This document shows positions 16,087 through 20,000 of a stretch of DNA of 20,000 bases, piece after piece (within the stretch, counting starts at the first letter, position 1; every line of letters begins with the position of its first letter). This DNA comes from an uncultured virus (IMG/VR IMGVR_UViG_3300042261_000615) (taxonomy: Duplodnaviria; Heunggongvirae; Uroviricota; Caudoviricetes), in the IMG/VR virus record IMGVR_UViG_3300042261_000615, one strand, 5' to 3'. Both the position numbers and the translations under genes were made by a program. The notes under the pieces are model-generated. The model did no database searches. It was given only the letters and a program-made list of their open reading frames with translations, and was not told the origin of the DNA.

Positions 16087-17145
16087 CTATGTCGTTTCAT
16101 ATGAGTTATAATCAAACGTACTACCTTCTTGTTTGTAGATTGATATAGGTATCGTTTGGATATGGGCATCCGTTTTCAAAATCAAGTTACCACTATATCT
16201 TCTATCGGATGACAAGAACCCACCCAATGTTTGCGTTGGTATTAATTTATCAACTTCAAATTTATTAACATCTAATACAGATACCGTTTTAAGTGTATTG
16301 GCTGGGATAGTTATTCGATTATTTGGTTGCGAAACTGAAAACACTTTTTGTATAGCCGCACTTCCAGTCAATGCCATACGGACAACAATATCAGTAGTAG
16401 TATTATTTGCTATAGAAATTTTTGGTCCGTTCCACCAAGCATATTCGTTATCACGATCTTTCGAATTGAATGGCCATGGCCAGTTTTCTTTACACCGAGA
16501 CCAATATATGAAACCCGGCGATGAACCATCTGTGGGTGAAACCAACTGGGCATAAAATTGGTCTAACGCACTCGTATCGGGATATGGTGGTAATGGGGTT
16601 GAATCATAGTATTCAACCATTCCGGGCGTATCCCATGGTATAACTCCACCACTCTCAATAAGTTCAGATGATACATCAGATACAACCCAATCTATGTACT
16701 TAATATACAATTCACTATCTATAGTAGTGCCATTTGATCCTGATATAAAAAATACATTTTTAGAAATAGTTGCAGAATTATCCAATTCGGTTTGTTTCAA
16801 TGATTGGTTGATTTTGTATAATGGGGATGTATCCAATTTCACAATAGCATATGGTTTCAGAGATTCGTTTACGAAATACGGATTACTTTCAACCAATGAT
16901 GATGACATATCATTGAAATAAACTTGGGATGTATAATAGTTGGAAACCCCACGTTCGGTTAGTTGTATTACAAATCTAAATGATGTATTTGGTATTACTA
17001 TTATGGAGTTTAATGATACTTTATCAAATGTTATGGCATTATTATCATAAATTCCCGATAATCGTATACTTCCAGTTATATCGGTTGTATAACTAGACAC
17101 CGATGGATATTGGTTATCTAATTGGGTTAACTTTACATATTCCAT
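16087..17145 (-). CDS. Hypothetical protein (~352 aa), possibly structural
   Basis: Likely start is MEYVKLTQ at 17145; the upstream extension in the track is low-complexity AT-rich intergenic sequence. S/T/N-rich, beta-rich composition. Confidence 0.65.
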   Translation of the reverse strand: MEYVKLTQLDNQYPSVSSYTTDITGSIRLSGIYDNNAITFDKVSLNSIIVIPNTSFRFVIQLTERGVSNYYTSQVYFNDMSSSLVESNPYFVNESLKPYAIVKLDTSPLYKINQSLKQTELDNSATISKNVFFISGSNGTTIDSELYIKYIDWVVSDVSSELIESGGVIPWDTPGMVEYYDSTPLPPYPDTSALDQFYAQLVSPTDGSSPGFIYWSRCKENWPWPFNSKDRDNEYAWWNGPKISIANNTTTDIVVRMALTGSAAIQKVFSVSQPNNRITIPANTLKTVSVLDVNKFEVDKLIPTQTLGGFLSSDRRYSGNLILKTDAHIQTIPISIYKQEGSTFDYNSYETT

Positions 17146-17271
17146 ATTTATAAATATTATTACACTTTTTTTTCGTTGTAAAATCCATACATTAAACGAA
17201 TTATATTTTTTATTAAAAATTTTTATATTTTTTTTATCGTTTTGAAAAAAATCACGTATATTTATAAAAGA

Positions 17272-17328
17272 CAGCACTAAAGCAATAAAGCAAATATAAA
17301 AAAGACATAGACAATCAGCACTAAAGCA
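17272..17328. repeat. 13-bp direct repeat CAGCACTAAAGCA x2 with an extra TAAAGCA copy
   Basis: Copies at 17272-17284 and 17316-17328; partial copy at 17286-17292; adjacent to a ~120-nt very AT-rich stretch. Confidence 0.6.
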
Positions 17329-17348
17329 CGGACATACTATAAGTTTTT

Positions 17349-18722
17349 TTATTTGAGTCTAAGTATTTCATCTTTTATATGCTGATTTGTCCTATTCCAT
17401 TGAATGTTAGTCAGTAACCAATCTCTATACCAATATGGTATCTTTTTAATTTCACAATCTTTATATTTTCCAAAATTCATAACAACTGGAATTGCTGGGG
17501 CTGGTTTTTTAACTTCCACACAGTCTTCACCTTCTATATGGTGTCCTATTGTATCCAGCGGTATACCGGTCAATAATTTTTTACCCTCACCATACAGCTT
17601 CCACATATAATCTTCTTTTTTGAAATATAGTTCTTCAACTTTTCCAAACTTAGGTACGCTACCCACAAAATCAACCACAAGCCCATTCTGTTTGTCAGTG
17701 TGGATTCGAGTTACTCTACCAACAAACTGATACCACCAACTTAACGAAGCTGTAGGACGACCGGTTATGATACAATCCAATTCTGGATAATCGAATCCCA
17801 CTGTAAGAATATTTACTTGGACTATAATCCTCAGTATGCCAGATTTGAATTCCGATACAATCCTATCACGCTCTTTGGATGTCAACTCCGAATGTAATAC
17901 AGCCGCTTGAGGTAATCTTGCCGCAAGGAATGTTGCTTCACTTATTGATGGTACAGCAACCAATATCGCTTTTCTATCAGTTAAATCACCAATTTTTTTA
18001 ATAATCTTATCGGAAATATTATGCTCCGTATATGCTTTTCGTATCGAATCATCCGTATAATCAGCCCCAGTGGAATTATATATAAGTTTACCACTATCAA
18101 AATCATACGATTCATATTGTAGTTTAGACCAATACGATAAATCCACCATCTCTTTAATTTGGGTAACATGAATTATCTCTTTGAAAAAGTTACCTTTTTT
18201 GGATTTGGATGTAAGCATTACCAATTTTGAAAACGGTCTACCATCTTCACTTATATTGGTTTGTAACTTTAATGGAGTTGCTGTCAATCCCAAAACATGG
18301 GTGATGCCCGCAGCGGATAAAAACCGTCTTAGCATACCGCCTGGTTCTCTTGGAAATCTATCGCATTCATCTATAATAACACGATGAATTCCCAATTTTC
18401 TAAACTGACCAGCTATATTTACAATAGAACCAATAGTTGCATACGTTATGTTACCAATTTCCTTTTCATTCATCGATGCTGAATATATGGAAGCCTCTCC
18501 ACCAAGATTTATGAACTTGTTATAGTTCTGTTCCAACAATTCTTTGGATGGCTGTATGACAAGCAATCTATCACCTACGTTCTTTGCTATTTGTGCAATA
18601 ATGATAGATTTACCAGCGGCGGTGGGTAGTACCATAATAGATGGGTCTGCCTTTTTCTTATTGAAAAAATCAGTTCCAACTTTTACAGGCTCTATCTGAT
18701 ATTGTCTTAATACAATTGACAT
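17349..18722 (-). CDS. Superfamily 2 DNA helicase (RadD/UvsW-like) with short C-terminal FGKY domain
   Basis: LRQYQ, LPTAAGKS, IIDECD, GLTATP, LTVGFDYPELD, QFVGRVTR; C-terminal MNFGKYKD..I..IP..Y..WL. Probable start is MSIVLRQYQ at 18722. Confidence 0.88.
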   Translation of the reverse strand: MSIVLRQYQIEPVKVGTDFFNKKKADPSIMVLPTAAGKSIIIAQIAKNVGDRLLVIQPSKELLEQNYNKFINLGGEASIYSASMNEKEIGNITYATIGSIVNIAGQFRKLGIHRVIIDECDRFPREPGGMLRRFLSAAGITHVLGLTATPLKLQTNISEDGRPFSKLVMLTSKSKKGNFFKEIIHVTQIKEMVDLSYWSKLQYESYDFDSGKLIYNSTGADYTDDSIRKAYTEHNISDKIIKKIGDLTDRKAILVAVPSISEATFLAARLPQAAVLHSELTSKERDRIVSEFKSGILRIIVQVNILTVGFDYPELDCIITGRPTASLSWWYQFVGRVTRIHTDKQNGLVVDFVGSVPKFGKVEELYFKKEDYMWKLYGEGKKLLTGIPLDTIGHHIEGEDCVEVKKPAPAIPVVMNFGKYKDCEIKKIPYWYRDWLLTNIQWNRTNQHIKDEILRLK

Positions 18723-18784
18723 TGAAAATAATTTATAAGTTATATATATAAATATATAAAATTTATCTTTTTCCAAAAAACTAT

Positions 18785-18793
18785 ATATTTATA
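18785..18793 (+). promoter_or_regulatory. Recurrent ATATTTATA motif (candidate phage-sigma promoter) for the plus-strand gene
   Basis: The same 9-mer lies on the coding strand upstream of several minus-strand genes; here it is divergent from the copy at 18747-18755. Confidence 0.45.
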
Positions 18794-18906
18794 ATCGATA
18801 ACCTTGTGTGTAAATCTTTAGTGCTCTGTAATAGGAACATTAGAATTGGGGTAAAATCCAATGAATAAAGCTTTATATAACAATTAAAAAAATAAGGAGA
18901 AATATT

Positions 18907-19680
18907 ATGAACAACCCAACGGCGTATATCACGCAAAACAGACAACGTGTCCGTCAATACGGACGAAGAGGGGATACCACTTTGGATACCACTTTTCTTA
19001 AAGATGGTGATGAATTTGAAATAGAATTATTCAATCCCACCCAAACCAAAACACTTGCTAAAATCAGTATCAATGGTCGGAGAATATCCCAATCTGGTAT
19101 AGTTATAAATCCAGGTCAACGTATATTTTTGGAACGTTATATTGATGACAACCACAAATTCGTATTCAATACATATGAGGTGGATAACGGAAATGCTGAT
19201 GTTGATCGAGCTATTGCAAAAAATGGAAATATACAAATTGATTTTTTCAATGAAGTTGTACCATCAGTGGTATACACCACAGATAACACCCCCATAAGGT
19301 ATTATACGTGGAATCCTACCTACATTAGATACTATAGTTCTACGAATACATCCAACACGTTTGTACCAAGTACATTCACAACCAGTACGAATATGTTATG
19401 CTGTGCGGAGTCTACATCGACATATGCGACAGCTGACACCTTATCCATACCTAAGAAAGAAACTGGAATTGTATCTAAAGGTGGTCGTTCAGACCAATCG
19501 TTTACTACAGTAAATGATACATTTAGTTCGTCGTGTTTTTTGACTATAAATTGGAAAATACTTCCACTGTCACAAAAACCATATGATGTCACTGATGACA
19601 AAGTATACTGTACTTCGTGTGGTGCAAAGAGGAAAAAACAATCACATAAGTTCTGTCCACATTGCGGAACTAAATTCTAA
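18907..19680 (+). CDS. Hypothetical protein with N-terminal beta-sandwich-like domain, S/T-rich linker and C-terminal zinc ribbon
   Basis: Only credible plus-strand gene in the window. CTSC...CPHC at the C-terminus; AAGGAG upstream; followed by a terminator. Confidence 0.85.
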   Translation: MNNPTAYITQNRQRVRQYGRRGDTTLDTTFLKDGDEFEIELFNPTQTKTLAKISINGRRISQSGIVINPGQRIFLERYIDDNHKFVFNTYEVDNGNADVDRAIAKNGNIQIDFFNEVVPSVVYTTDNTPIRYYTWNPTYIRYYSSTNTSNTFVPSTFTTSTNMLCCAESTSTYATADTLSIPKKETGIVSKGGRSDQSFTTVNDTFSSSCFLTINWKILPLSQKPYDVTDDKVYCTSCGAKRKKQSHKFCPHCGTKF

Positions 19681-19704
19681 ATAAATTATTACAGCAAGGT
19701 TATC

Positions 19705-19740
19705 AAAAAAAATAAGGGAAGTAAGTTACTTCCCTTTTTT
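19705..19740. terminator. Bidirectional intrinsic terminator between convergent genes
   Basis: Inverted repeat aagggaagtaa-g-ttacttccctt (19714-19736), with a T-run to 19740 and an A-run at 19705-19712. Confidence 0.85.
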
Positions 19741-19745
19741 CATAT

Positions 19746-20000
19746 TCAATCTGTCCATTCGTTCACCCTATTCAAACAATCCGTAAGCATAACCAATCGA
19801 TGTTTTGCATCCTCTATGAGTTTTTCATTGTCTTTTATCTTTTTATTGATTAGTTCAATCGCACCACGTTTTCGCCCCCACTTTTTTGGAAATACGAATA
19901 GATTACCAACAGGTAGATATTCCGATTTTACTATGGCTTCATAAATTTGTGGTTGTATTACAACATGTAACTTATCATTAATTTCTTCAATTGTTGCAGT
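19746..20000 (-). CDS. Hypothetical protein, C-terminal part (start beyond right edge)
   Basis: Open frame ...TATIEEINDKLHVVIQPQIYEAIVKSEYLPVGNLFVFPKKWGRKRGAIELINKKIKDNEKLIEDAKHRLVMLTDCLNRVNEWTD* ending at the terminator. Confidence 0.7.
   Translation of the reverse strand, partial: TATIEEINDKLHVVIQPQIYEAIVKSEYLPVGNLFVFPKKWGRKRGAIELINKKIKDNEKLIEDAKHRLVMLTDCLNRVNEWTD

Noticed and set aside
17272..17328. Mini CRISPR array
   Set aside because: Only two 13-bp copies, too short for CRISPR repeats, non-palindromic, and no cas genes in the window.
202..18387. Plus-strand ORFs in the track other than 18907-19680 (e.g. 2775-3152, 9384-9842, 14064-14414) and short nested minus-strand ORFs
   Set aside because: They are antisense or out-of-frame shadows of well-supported genes and carry no recognisable motifs.
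18797..19704. IS/transposon or retron defined by the flanking inverted repeats
   Set aside because: No transposase, recombinase or reverse transcriptase motifs, no evident target-site duplication, and the arms contain a G-U pair and a bulge. Kept as an RNA-pairing finding instead.
1..20000. Alternative genetic code (TAG or TGA reassignment), as in some large Bacteroidota/gut phages
   Set aside because: Genes are full length under code 11; TAG (11296, 16087) and TGA (5489, 12187) serve as ordinary stops at expected protein ends.
1..20000. tRNA/rRNA genes, introns or inteins
   Set aside because: Intergenic gaps are short and AT-rich with no cloverleaf or T-loop signature; thyA, metK, phoH and the helicase are uninterrupted and not oversized.

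Overview
This window is a gene-dense, AT-rich segment of a large tailed (myovirus-like, probably jumbo) phage genome in the standard genetic code, with every gene but one on the minus strand. The left end (1-4341) is a contractile-tail baseplate module: gp6-like wedge, gp25-like subunit, a GH19 lysozyme fusion and a gp5-like spike. A T4 gp55-like sigma factor follows. The rest is a long accessory/metabolic block: a degenerate peptide deformylase, MetK, ThyA, a metallophosphoesterase, UvsE, an HD hydrolase, a 2H phosphoesterase, a 5'(3')-nucleotidase, PhoH and an SF2 helicase. Promoters matching the Bacteroidota TTTG-N19-TAnnTTTG consensus, plus the general lack of Shine-Dalgarno sites, point to a Bacteroidota host. 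Top leads: (1) an unannotated 57-aa ORF near thyA that aligns with R67/DfrB type II dihydrofolate reductase; (2) the sole plus-strand gene, whose predicted transcript ends form a 16-bp 5'-3' closing stem and which has a structured leader; (3) a peptide deformylase homolog missing all catalytic residues. All family assignments come from motif recognition by eye; no searches were run.
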